Shown here piece by piece: positions 1 to 8,318 of a stretch of 43,978 bases of DNA; the stretch's first letter is position 1, and each line of letters begins with the position of its first letter. The notes beneath the pieces are model-generated. The model searched no databases. It saw only the letters and a program-made list of their open reading frames with translations, and was not told the DNA's origin. Position numbers and translations under genes: made by a program. Source of the DNA: a virus (Duplodnaviria > Heunggongvirae > Uroviricota > Caudoviricetes); the IMG/VR virus record IMGVR_UViG_3300042563_002362. One strand, given 5' to 3'.

Positions 1-466
1 GCTGAAAGAATGGATCACTGCATCGATGTCCACTACAATCAATATCGTCTGTCCTGATGCAGGCGCTGGCAAGCGTGTTGGGAAGGTTGCATCTTACCTT
101 GCAAAGCGCTTCCCACAAAACACCGTCAATCTTATCCGTTGTGAAAAGGTTCGCGATGTACGTGACGGTTCGCTCAAGGAATTCTTTGTCCAAGCCGATG
201 ATCTTGGTGGACATCCTACGCTTATCATCGATGACATTGTCGCTTATGGCGGAACGTTCCTTGGACTTGCTGACAAGCTGCGTGAACGCAACTGTGGCGA
301 GCTTGGCATCTTTGTCTCGCATGCTGACTGTGAAGCTGGCATTGAGAATCTGAAGCAAAAGTTCGACGTTGTCGCTGCGACTGACTCGAAGCGTGACTAT
401 GCAGGCTACAGCTTGGACAATGACCCTATCGTTAAGATCATTCCATTCAAAGTTCAGACTGCATGA
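1..466 (+). CDS. Ribose-phosphate pyrophosphokinase-like protein (PRPP synthetase / Adps-like), 5'-truncated by window edge
   Basis: Frame is open from base 2. Motifs IVCPDAGAGKR and LIIDDIVAYGGTF (PRPP-binding loop) and VSH are typical of PRS/PRTase proteins. A NAMPT-like gene lies nearby. Confidence 0.85.
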   Translation, partial: LKEWITASMSTTINIVCPDAGAGKRVGKVASYLAKRFPQNTVNLIRCEKVRDVRDGSLKEFFVQADDLGGHPTLIIDDIVAYGGTFLGLADKLRERNCGELGIFVSHADCEAGIENLKQKFDVVAATDSKRDYAGYSLDNDPIVKIIPFKVQTA

Positions 467-506
467 AGAAAGTTGTGATATACAGAAAATCTCCACAAAA
501 CAAGAC

Positions 507-548
507 TCAAACACTCCAATGATTAAGTCAAACACTCCAATGATTAAG
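507..548 (+). repeat. Perfect 21-bp tandem duplication TCAAACACTCCAATGATTAAG x2
   Basis: 507-527 and 528-548 are identical; each copy contains an in-frame ATG. Confidence 0.95.
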
Positions 549-1007
549 CTATACCTACGACAACCGTCTGACATTCCATTTCAGTGGAAGCGTGTTTATG
601 CCAAGAAAAAGACAGGCGTGACTATCCGTGCAGTGAAGCCAGAAGGTGAAAGCTTCAAGGTTTCATGGAGTGAAAGTCTGCTGTATGCTGATCCTAATCT
701 TGATCTGATTGTTCGTAGTGAACTTGACGGTAGGGAATATCCTTGTAAGAAGGACATCTTTACGGAAACGTATGAACTCGCTGGACCTGCATATGAAGCT
801 GAAGGAACAATTGCTAGCTATCGCTACACGAAGAAGACGGTGAATTCACTTGTCGAAGTTCCACAAGGATATGATGTTACGGTCGGAACACTTGAAGGAG
901 ACGTGACCGATGTCCAGTATCCTGACTACATTGCAATTGGTCCAAAATGCGAATTGTATGTAAATACGAAAAAGACGGTCGACGAAAACATGGAAATCCT
1001 TCCATGA
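519..1007 (+). CDS. PGDYG-like phage protein (start 519 or 540)
   Basis: YPCKKDIFTETYE and YPDYIAIGPKCELY segments resemble the PGDYG family. The start region is duplicated. Confidence 0.5.
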   Translation: MIKSNTPMIKLYLRQPSDIPFQWKRVYAKKKTGVTIRAVKPEGESFKVSWSESLLYADPNLDLIVRSELDGREYPCKKDIFTETYELAGPAYEAEGTIASYRYTKKTVNSLVEVPQGYDVTVGTLEGDVTDVQYPDYIAIGPKCELYVNTKKTVDENMEILP

Positions 1008-1019
1008 CCATGATTCTGG

Positions 1020-1121
1020 GAAAATTCGCAAAATTTTACGAAAAAAAGTGAAAATTTGTGAATTTTCTTGTTTACATCTGATCATTTTCCGTTTATAATA
1101 ATCCCGTAAGGAAACCACCAC
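1020..1121 (+). promoter_or_regulatory. Early sigma70-like promoter cassette with upstream hairpin
   Basis: TTTACA 1071-76, 17 nt spacer, TATAAT 1094-99. Imperfect inverted repeat 1020-1067. Leader GTAAGGAAACCACCAC is shared with other cassettes. Confidence 0.85.
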
Positions 1122-1349
1122 ATGCAATCAAAACCGCTTATCTCCGAGGAAAATCAAAACCAAGCAAATGTTATTCTTAGCTCTTTGCTGAATGTTTTAC
1201 CGTCTGGTCGCTATCACGTCAGCGAATTGCTACCACGGATGATTATTAATCAATTTGAAGTGTGTGAGGTCTGGTACCAATCATGCAGTGATCTTGCCCT
1301 GCGAAAGCTTTCTTATGATTCGGTGCCTGGTTGGTTCGAACTTCAATAA
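1122..1349 (+). CDS. Hypothetical early protein
   Basis: 75-aa ORF directly behind the promoter cassette. Confidence 0.7.
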   Translation: MQSKPLISEENQNQANVILSSLLNVLPSGRYHVSELLPRMIINQFEVCEVWYQSCSDLALRKLSYDSVPGWFELQ

Positions 1350-1358
1350 ACTTTTCCA

Positions 1359-1387
1359 TTTACATCCATTCGTTTTCCGTTTATAAT
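1359..1387 (+). promoter_or_regulatory. sigma70-like promoter
   Basis: TTTACA 1359-64, 17 nt, TATAAT 1382-87; shares TTTTCCGTT spacer. Confidence 0.8.
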
Positions 1388-1407
1388 CTAACTGACACAA
1401 ACAAAAT

Positions 1408-1680
1408 ATGAAACCACTACTTACTTCCCTAGCCGCGGCTGCAATCGTTCTCCTCAGCTCTTGTACTGAAAACGAACGCGCAAAATCGTTTGGCGGAACT
1501 CAAACTATCAATCTTCCAACAAAGACAAAGCTTGTCAATGTGACTTGGAAGGCTGACTCTAACATGTGGATTCTGACACGCCCAATGCGTGAAAATGAAA
1601 CTCCCGAAACGCTTACCTTCTCCGAAAAGTCTAACTTTGGCGTCATGGAAGGCACTGTGATCTTCAACGAATCTAACTAA
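1408..1680 (+). CDS. Small lipoprotein (conserved phage hypothetical)
   Basis: Signal peptide with lipobox LLSSC followed by TENERAKSFGG. Confidence 0.75.
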   Translation: MKPLLTSLAAAAIVLLSSCTENERAKSFGGTQTINLPTKTKLVNVTWKADSNMWILTRPMRENETPETLTFSEKSNFGVMEGTVIFNESN

Positions 1681-1699
1681 TCCAACTCAACACTACATT

Positions 1700-3301
1700 A
1701 TGACTACCGCAAACATTCCACCAAATAACGTCCGCACTCTTGCTCCGCTCAACGTTGACGGATACAAGGTTGATCACCGCCCTCAATACCCAACCAATTC
1801 TGCTCTTGTCTTTAGTAACTTTACTGCACGTGGTACTCGCGTGAAAGGTCTTGACAAGGTCATCTTCTTCGGTCTGCAGTACTTCATGGATGAGTACCTG
1901 ACCAAGGATTGGAATGACAACTTCTTCAACCTTCCGCTTGATGAAGTCACTGAACAATATGGACACGATCTCGTTGGCTACCTTGGTGTGAATAACATCG
2001 GTGATCAGCACATCCGCGATCTCCACGCTCTTGGTCATCTGCCGCTTGAGATCTGGGCTCTGCCTGAGGGCTCGAATGTCGACCTTCGCGTTCCAATGTT
2101 TGTCGTTTGGAATACCGATGCTCGCTTCTTCTGGCTGACCAACGCCATCGAGACTATTCTCTCGACGACCATTTGGCTTCCATGTACCAGTGCTACAACT
2201 GCTCTGATGTATCGCCGTATTCTTCAGCGCTATGCTGATGAAACGAATCCTGAGATGGGCGACTTCGTTCAGTGGCAAGGTCACGACTTCTCGTTCCGCG
2301 GTCACTCCTCGCGTGAATCGGCTTGCACTAGCGGTGCTGGTCACTTGCTTGTCTTCACTGGAACTGATACGCTGCCCGCTGTTAGCCTGCTTGAGAAGCA
2401 CTATGCTTGCAGCCGTAAGACTCAGCTCATCGGTGGTTCGGTTGCTGCAACTGAGCACTCGGTCATGTGCATGGGTGGAATGGAAGACGAAGTTGGTACA
2501 TTCCGTCGCCTGATCGAAGATGTTTACCCAACCGGTATCCTCTCGATCGTTTCGGACACGTGGGACTTCTGGAACGTTGTCAATCCTGATGGCGGCATTG
2601 CTGCTCAACTGAAGGATAAGATTATGGCACGTGATGGTAAGGTTGTGATTCGTCCTGACAGTGGTGATCCAGTTAAGATTGTGACAGGTTATACCGAAGA
2701 TGAGATTGTTCGTCTTGACGGTAAGATCTATGAGAATAACGGACACACTAATGGTAAGGAACTCACCGAACTTGAAGTCAAGGGTATGATTGTGTGCCTT
2801 TGGGAAATCTTCGGGGGTACCGAAACCAGCACGGGTTACAAGCAGCTCGACAGCCACATTGGTGCAATCTATGGCGACAGTATTACCCTTGAACGCGCTG
2901 AGCAAATCTGCGCACGTCTCAAGGCTAAGGGCTTTGCTTCGACCAACCTTGTGTACGGTATCGGATCGTTCACCTATCAGGGTGCTGTTACCGAAGACGC
3001 TATCGTTACTCGTGATACTCACATGTTTGCTGTCAAGAGCACTTACGGCGAAGTCTTCGATGCCGAAGGTAATCGCGTTGGTGTTGAGATCTTCAAAGAT
3101 CCTAAGACTGACGGCGGCATGAAGAAGAGCGCCAAGGGACTCACTGCTGTCTATCGCACTGAGAACGGATTCGCTCTTAAAGATCAGGCAACGTGGGACG
3201 AAGTTAAGAACTGCGCTTTCGTTCAGGTCTACAAGGATGGTAACGTTGTTAAGCGTTGGACTCTCGACGAGGTTCGGGCCGAGGTTGCCAAGAGCTTTTA
3301 A
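1700..3301 (+). CDS. nadV: Nicotinamide phosphoribosyltransferase-like protein (NAMPT/Namat)
   Basis: DGYKVDH, HDFSFRG, ATEHSVM, SIVSDTWD, VIRPDSGDP, IYGDSIT, KDPKTD..KKSAKG motifs. Confidence 0.93.
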   Translation: MTTANIPPNNVRTLAPLNVDGYKVDHRPQYPTNSALVFSNFTARGTRVKGLDKVIFFGLQYFMDEYLTKDWNDNFFNLPLDEVTEQYGHDLVGYLGVNNIGDQHIRDLHALGHLPLEIWALPEGSNVDLRVPMFVVWNTDARFFWLTNAIETILSTTIWLPCTSATTALMYRRILQRYADETNPEMGDFVQWQGHDFSFRGHSSRESACTSGAGHLLVFTGTDTLPAVSLLEKHYACSRKTQLIGGSVAATEHSVMCMGGMEDEVGTFRRLIEDVYPTGILSIVSDTWDFWNVVNPDGGIAAQLKDKIMARDGKVVIRPDSGDPVKIVTGYTEDEIVRLDGKIYENNGHTNGKELTELEVKGMIVCLWEIFGGTETSTGYKQLDSHIGAIYGDSITLERAEQICARLKAKGFASTNLVYGIGSFTYQGAVTEDAIVTRDTHMFAVKSTYGEVFDAEGNRVGVEIFKDPKTDGGMKKSAKGLTAVYRTENGFALKDQATWDEVKNCAFVQVYKDGNVVKRWTLDEVRAEVAKSF

Positions 3302-3302
3302 T

Positions 3303-3509
3303 ATGCAAAAATTCACAGTCATATGGGAATATGTGCATCCCGCAGTAAATACGTGCATTCAAACTCAAAAAACATTTGTTCTTGCAAAAACATTAGAATC
3401 TGCTAAAACTGTAGCAGCTCCTCCAAGCGTAGTTCGCTTTGTTTATGAAGGACATTTGAAGCCTGTGTTTGATTGTTACAATGACGATACTGTAATCACA
3501 ATCCCATAA
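3303..3509 (+). CDS. Hypothetical protein
   Basis: 68-aa ORF from the ATG immediately after the nadV stop. Confidence 0.55.
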   Translation: MQKFTVIWEYVHPAVNTCIQTQKTFVLAKTLESAKTVAAPPSVVRFVYEGHLKPVFDCYNDDTVITIP

Positions 3510-3514
3510 GCTAT

Positions 3515-3654
3515 TCAGGTCGTGCTCCCGGACCTATACGGGAGACCACATTTCAGCCTCTGCAATGAGGGCATCTGATAAGCGTTAGTTCAGCCAAGGG
3601 AGAAAGAAGTGGCGCATCTTTCCGTGAGCGACCTGATCGGAGGCTGAAATGTGG
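3515..3654 (+). ncRNA. Putative structured (pseudoknotted) RNA element
   Basis: 15-bp perfect stem 3546-3560/3640-3654; crossing 8-bp pairing 3515-3522/3629-3636; hairpins CTCCCG/CGGGAG and GAAAGA/TCTTTC. Confidence 0.55.
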
Positions 3655-3821
3655 AAACTCTCAAAGAAAAGAAGAACCAATTACGAAATCTGAAAAGATC
3701 ATTGCGACAAAAAGCTCGCTATAACTATTCATGGGAATGTTATAATATCAATCAGACTATAAAGACTCTCCAAAAAGAAATAACACAAACTGAACAACAA
3801 AATGCTACTGGTAAGATTTGA
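3651..3821 (+). CDS. Possible small coiled-coil protein (GTG start)
   Basis: 56-aa ORF METLKEKKNQLRNLKRSLRQK...; GGAGG lies 7 nt upstream. Not in the ORF track. Confidence 0.4.
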   Translation: METLKEKKNQLRNLKRSLRQKARYNYSWECYNINQTIKTLQKEITQTEQQNATGKI

Positions 3822-4113
3822 CGACAATTGGGCTGATGAAATGGATGTCAGCGGGTTTAAGCTTTTTGACAATCTTGACGCTTGGAACGCTGCTATTGCT
3901 GAGTTCAAAGAGGAAAAGGAGATTGTTGACGGTGAGGACAACGGATACTTCGAGGTATGCTTTGGCACAAACGAATACATCGAGTATGAAACTGTCGAAG
4001 AGTTTTTGACACAGTTTGATATCACTGAAATTAGTGATGCTGCGGCAGAAGTGATTGAGACATTGTTTCCTGAAGCTAAGCTTAGCTATGGATACGGACA
4101 CTTCCCACTATAA
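3802..4113 (+). CDS. Acidic hypothetical protein
   Basis: 103-aa ORF, D/E-rich. Confidence 0.75.
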   Translation: MLLVRFDDNWADEMDVSGFKLFDNLDAWNAAIAEFKEEKEIVDGEDNGYFEVCFGTNEYIEYETVEEFLTQFDITEISDAAAEVIETLFPEAKLSYGYGHFPL

Positions 4114-4116
4114 GAT

Positions 4117-4611
4117 ATGATTGAAGTATACACACCTCCGACTTATTACATTCCAAAGAACAAGTCCTACCCAACTATATTCCTAGCAGGAAGCATCGAG
4201 ATGGGTAACGCTGAAGATTGGCAAAAGCGAGTCATCGATTATTGTCGGGCTAAGGCTCCTTTTGATGCTCTTACTTTTTACAATCCACGTCGTGCCGATT
4301 GGGATTCTAGTTGGGAGCAGTCGCTAAACAGCCCAAACTTCTATGAGCAGGTATCTTGGGAACTTGACATGCTCATTGCGTCAGACTTCATCTATATGTA
4401 CTTTGATCCATCTACACAAAGTCCTATTTCTCTTCTTGAGCTTGGAATGTTTGCAAGCAGCGGCAAGATGATTGTATGCTGTCCCAATGGATTCTATCGT
4501 AAAGGAAACGTCGATGTTGTCTGTCAGAAGTTTAACATACCGCTCTTTACAGATTTTGATGCTAGCCTAGTTGCTCTAAGAAACAAAATTAGAGAATACA
4601 CCAATTCATAA
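4117..4611 (+). CDS. Nucleoside 2-deoxyribosyltransferase-like protein
   Basis: IFLAGSI..DWQ, YNPRR, QVSWE, SPISLLELG motifs. Confidence 0.85.
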   Translation: MIEVYTPPTYYIPKNKSYPTIFLAGSIEMGNAEDWQKRVIDYCRAKAPFDALTFYNPRRADWDSSWEQSLNSPNFYEQVSWELDMLIASDFIYMYFDPSTQSPISLLELGMFASSGKMIVCCPNGFYRKGNVDVVCQKFNIPLFTDFDASLVALRNKIREYTNS

Positions 4612-4619
4612 GTTTCTTG

Positions 4620-4647
4620 TTTACATACGTGCAAAACTGTTTATAAT
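4620..4647 (+). promoter_or_regulatory. sigma70-like promoter
   Basis: TTTACA 4620-25, 16 nt, TATAAT 4642-47. Confidence 0.7.
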
Positions 4648-4826
4648 ATAACTATCATGGGAACGCTATTTGACGATTGGTCGCGACTATCGGGATTGTG
4701 CATCGCTACATCATTCATATGGATGCGGTGTTACGGTCAATGAAGAATTGTTGTATGCAGGTATCCCTATGCTACATGTTGAAACAGCGGCTGAAGGTAA
4801 AATAACAAAATTTGAATCTAAGTAAT

Positions 4827-5375
4827 ATGGAAAAACTAAAGACACCTGAAGAATACGGATACGTCCAGCATGGAAACATTGTGCTCTTTCAAAAAGGACC
4901 GCTGTCACAATGGTATGGTGGCTTCTCTGGACAAAGCGGAGGCTTCCATCCTATGCTCGACAAAAATCGTATGTCTACCGATCTGCTCTGTAATTGTGCA
5001 GAGCAATGGATGATGCTGGCAAAGGCAGCAATCTTCAACGATGAAGATACCTACAATTTGATTCGAGATGCAACCAATCCGAAGGATCAAAAGGACCTAG
5101 GCCGTCTTATCAAGAACTATGATGAGACTCTTTGGAGCAAGCACAAATACACTGTTGTTGTTTCGGGTAACACATGGAAGTTTAAGCAAAATCCACACCT
5201 AAAAGAATTCATCACTCAATTTCCACGCAACACAATCTTTGCGGAAGCTGCTCCTTGGGATCGTGTCTGGGGTATTGGTCTTGGACCTGAAGATCCTCGT
5301 GCATTGGACCCTAAGCAATGGAATGGCGAAAACCTTCTTGGAAAAGCGTTGAGTAAAGTTCGTAAACTACTATGA
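4827..5375 (+). CDS. NADAR (YbiA/T4 gp30.3-like) N-glycosidase
   Basis: LSQWY, AEQWMMLAKA..F.D, KF.QN, AEAAPWDRVWGIG, GENLLGKAL motifs. Confidence 0.92.
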   Translation: MEKLKTPEEYGYVQHGNIVLFQKGPLSQWYGGFSGQSGGFHPMLDKNRMSTDLLCNCAEQWMMLAKAAIFNDEDTYNLIRDATNPKDQKDLGRLIKNYDETLWSKHKYTVVVSGNTWKFKQNPHLKEFITQFPRNTIFAEAAPWDRVWGIGLGPEDPRALDPKQWNGENLLGKALSKVRKLL

Positions 5376-5902
5376 AAGCATATTTGAAAAATCTGTTCCG
5401 CGTATTCCGTGAGCCGTCAATGCTCTTTAATCGTTTTTGGAGATCTGATGTTATCTATCCAATCACTTCATGGTTTAATCCAAAGCAAAAGTGGCTGACA
5501 CGCGTCATTCCAAACACTTGGTGTGACAAGGTTGAACTGGTTCCTCAAATCCTATTTGCATGTCTTATTGACTTTGTCGAAAAGGAAAAAGGTCTGGATC
5601 AGCTTGACATTGATTGGAAGGAAGGACTTGAAGATGGACATTTTTCTCAGGCGTATGTTGACAATGTGATTAAGACATACAGCGAACTACGTGATGTGTA
5701 TGTCTACGTTAAGACTGAACGTGCTCTGCTACAAAAGCAGCACGATGAATCATATCCAGACTATCCACTACCACCTGAGCTTGAAGGTAAAAGTTACCAT
5801 GAAGTCTATGCAGAGACTAACCGTCTTGAGAAACTAATTGAAGAAAAAGATCAGTGGGCAATGCATGCAATTGTAACACATGTAGGATGCTTATGGACCT
5901 AA
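5372..5902 (+). CDS. Conserved phage hypothetical protein
   Basis: 176-aa ORF overlapping the previous stop; WCDK..L and C-terminal LWT motifs. Confidence 0.75.
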   Translation: MKAYLKNLFRVFREPSMLFNRFWRSDVIYPITSWFNPKQKWLTRVIPNTWCDKVELVPQILFACLIDFVEKEKGLDQLDIDWKEGLEDGHFSQAYVDNVIKTYSELRDVYVYVKTERALLQKQHDESYPDYPLPPELEGKSYHEVYAETNRLEKLIEEKDQWAMHAIVTHVGCLWT

Positions 5903-6150
5903 ACATGATTTACGCTCCATACATACCGATACTTTTAACTGAACCACGCACTATGAACGACGAATATACACTCTTCATGAATGAATACAACCGCTTGCAC
6001 AGTCATTGTCCAGAGTGCGGTAGTACTAGCAATGTGCAGACTCTGCTTGCATTCATATTAAATCTCTCTAAGAAAGAAGAATATGTAGACCGCAACGGTT
6101 GCACTTGCTGCGGTTGCGGATGGACTGGAATTGTCCACGACCTAGTTTAA
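5893..6150 (+). CDS. Small Zn-finger protein (start uncertain: 5893/5905/5953)
   Basis: CPECG and CTCCGCGW motifs. Confidence 0.6.
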   Translation: MDLNMIYAPYIPILLTEPRTMNDEYTLFMNEYNRLHSHCPECGSTSNVQTLLAFILNLSKKEEYVDRNGCTCCGCGWTGIVHDLV

Positions 6151-6155
6151 CAAAA

Positions 6156-6860
6156 ATGAAATTTACATCAGTGAAAGAACTTAAAGAAAAACTCGACACA
6201 GAACTTGAAGCAGAGAAATGCTTCGAGACACATCTGATGAACAAGTATCCATCTCTCTTTTACAAGGATGCAGATGGTAAATTGCTGCCTCCTGACAGTG
6301 GCATTTGGTGTCCTCCAGGATGGCAAAGTTTGGTTGAACGTCTATGTGAAAGCATTGTGTTTCGCATCAAGAATAACCATACCTATACTCCTCGCAAGTT
6401 CTTTGCGTTGCCAGTTCGCCATTGGATTTGGAATCGCATTGTTTATCCGATTCGTGTTTGCGTTGATCCTAAGACAAAGGTCTTCAAGAATAAGAGATTT
6501 ATAACAGGCGCCGAATCTAACAAGATTGATGCAGACCATCCATGGCGAACATACATCGTAAGAAACATCTTCAGACGCGTCGAGACTTTTCTCGTACCGC
6601 GGAATAAATACAAACTGGGACCAATCCCTGAAGTTAAGATTGGTCAAATTAAAGAAAAGTTCGGTACCCTGAGATTCTACTATGATGGAGGAGACTCTGT
6701 CGTTCACGGAATGGTAAGCTTTGCCGAGACTTTGTCTGGTAACACCTGTGAGATGACCGGCGAAGCTGGTAGTCTCTGTAAGAGGGGTAAAGGGATGTCT
6801 TGGTATAAGACACTCTCCGAACGTAAAGCAAACGAAATAGGATACACTAAAGTAGAATGA
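6156..6860 (+). CDS. Conserved phage protein (QIKEKFGxLRFY family)
   Basis: PPGW..LV, QIKEKFGTLRFY, TCEMTG motifs. Confidence 0.75.
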   Translation: MKFTSVKELKEKLDTELEAEKCFETHLMNKYPSLFYKDADGKLLPPDSGIWCPPGWQSLVERLCESIVFRIKNNHTYTPRKFFALPVRHWIWNRIVYPIRVCVDPKTKVFKNKRFITGAESNKIDADHPWRTYIVRNIFRRVETFLVPRNKYKLGPIPEVKIGQIKEKFGTLRFYYDGGDSVVHGMVSFAETLSGNTCEMTGEAGSLCKRGKGMSWYKTLSERKANEIGYTKVE

Positions 6861-7264
6861 AAATACGTAAATACATCGCAATAATGTCATGCTTGATATT
6901 CACGTCATGTGTAATGACAAAAGAAGTGAATGCAACACCAACTGAAAAAGTAGCTCCAACCGAACAGCACGGTCGTGCATCATGGTATAGCATACGCACA
7001 AATGGAGGAACACAAACCGCAAGCGGAAAGACTCTCTCAGACTATGCTTCCACGGCTGCACATAAAACGTTACCGTTTGGAACTAAGGTTCGGGTAACTA
7101 ATAAGAATAACGGTAAATCTGAAATTGTGACAATTACCGATCGTGGACCATACATTCATGGTCGCATTATTGACGTCACAGTCGGCACCGCAAAAAGACT
7201 TGGATTTGCTGATCAGGGATTAGCTCATGTGAAGGTGGAAGTCCTGAAGTCTACGAATAATTAA
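6857..7264 (+). CDS. rlpA: RlpA-like double-psi beta-barrel lipoprotein (lytic transglycosylase-like)
   Basis: Lipobox IFTSC; GRASWY, TASG, TAAHKTLPFGTKVRVTN, ITDRGPY..GRIID motifs. Confidence 0.9.
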   Translation: MKIRKYIAIMSCLIFTSCVMTKEVNATPTEKVAPTEQHGRASWYSIRTNGGTQTASGKTLSDYASTAAHKTLPFGTKVRVTNKNNGKSEIVTITDRGPYIHGRIIDVTVGTAKRLGFADQGLAHVKVEVLKSTNN

Positions 7265-7279
7265 GAAAAACCGTACTAC

Positions 7280-7415
7280 AATTCCCAGAAATGCATAACC
7301 CATTGAGTTTCAATGGCGTGAAAAATATGCATTTCTGGGAATTTTCTTGTTTACATCTGATTGTTTTCCGTTTATAATAATTCTGTAAGGCAAACCACCA
7401 CAATCCAACCGATTT
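7280..7415 (+). promoter_or_regulatory. Early promoter cassette with 18-bp perfect inverted repeat
   Basis: Inverted repeat 7280-7297/7326-7343; TTTACA 7350-55, 17 nt, TATAAT 7373-78; leader GTAAGGCAAACCACCAC. Confidence 0.88.
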
Positions 7416-7700
7416 ATGAAAATTGAAAGTATCCTAGTTTGGCCTCGTGAAATCAACCTCGGCTGGGCCGACTGTTGTGAAAACAAATCAACCGACACTC
7501 ATCATAGCGAAAGTGCTGCAAAGGCAGTTTGTCAGGCTCTGATTCGCGAGGGATTTGGATGCAATCGTCAGCAGTTTCCAACTGAAGCACGTGTCGAAGT
7601 TGATGGCAAGATTGTGTTCCATTGGACCGAGGAAGAAGGCTACATCATCGATGAAGTGAAACAACAAGATCGCATCATGTGGGGACTAAGCTGCTTCTGA
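7416..7700 (+). CDS. Hypothetical early protein
   Basis: 94-aa ORF behind the promoter cassette. Confidence 0.75.
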   Translation: MKIESILVWPREINLGWADCCENKSTDTHHSESAAKAVCQALIREGFGCNRQQFPTEARVEVDGKIVFHWTEEEGYIIDEVKQQDRIMWGLSCF

Positions 7701-7719
7701 ATATCAGTCAAGATCTCTC

Positions 7720-7832
7720 AAAATGCACAAATTGTGAAAATCTATGAAACTTTTTTCACTTTTGTGCATTTTCTTGTTTACATTTGAGCGGTTTCCGTTT
7801 ATAATAATTCTGTAAGGCAACCACCACAAAAT
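7720..7832 (+). promoter_or_regulatory. Early promoter cassette with inverted repeat
   Basis: Inverted repeat 7720-31/7761-72; TTTACA 7777-82, 17 nt, TATAAT 7800-05; shared leader. Confidence 0.88.
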
Positions 7833-8249
7833 ATGATCAAAGTTACCACACATAAGACCAGAAGTTTCCGGGAAAAACGAATCAACGGCGCTCGCGCGTA
7901 TGTCAATTCATCGGTCGGGAAGGTCGTTGACAATTTCTTCAATGACAACAAAATTTATGCTCTTAAGTTCAAGTGCAGCACGTGGAATGCATTGAAGCGG
8001 AAGGCTGTCGAGTCTGACATTGCCGATCTGAAGACGATCTTCGGCGAAGACTCCGAAATCCGCTGGTCGAAAACCGCTGGTTGCTCGTGTGGATGCTCTC
8101 CAGGATATGTGGTCGACGGCAAGATTGACGGAAAATACCGCAATTCTGACGTCTGGATCGACATTGATTCTTGCACCGCTCATCTTGTGAAACTTCTCCC
8201 GGACTTCATGAAGAAACTGACGGCTGAAATTGCCAAGAAAAATTCTTAA
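7833..8249 (+). CDS. Hypothetical early protein (AGCSCGCSPG motif)
   Basis: 138-aa ORF with a Cys-rich motif. Confidence 0.75.
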   Translation: MIKVTTHKTRSFREKRINGARAYVNSSVGKVVDNFFNDNKIYALKFKCSTWNALKRKAVESDIADLKTIFGEDSEIRWSKTAGCSCGCSPGYVVDGKIDGKYRNSDVWIDIDSCTAHLVKLLPDFMKKLTAEIAKKNS

Positions 8250-8256
8250 AAAGTTG

Positions 8257-8285
8257 TTTACATTCTGCCGAAAACCTGTTAAAAT
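8257..8285 (+). promoter_or_regulatory. sigma70-like promoter
   Basis: TTTACA 8257-62, 17 nt, TAAAAT 8280-85. Confidence 0.75.
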
Positions 8286-8318
8286 AATTCCGTAACGAAA
8301 CTCGAAATACACTATATT

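Noticed and set aside
1673-3358. 561-aa minus-strand ORF antisense to nadV
   Set aside because: It mirrors the NAMPT gene, has no recognisable motifs, and is explained by codon bias on the coding strand.
3518-3548. tRNA (segment ends in ACCA)
   Set aside because: Only one hairpin; no cloverleaf or T-loop.
4657-4825. Small gene behind the promoter at 4620
   Set aside because: The ATG frame stops after 28 codons and the longer frame lacks a clear start; it cannot be supported (possible remnant).
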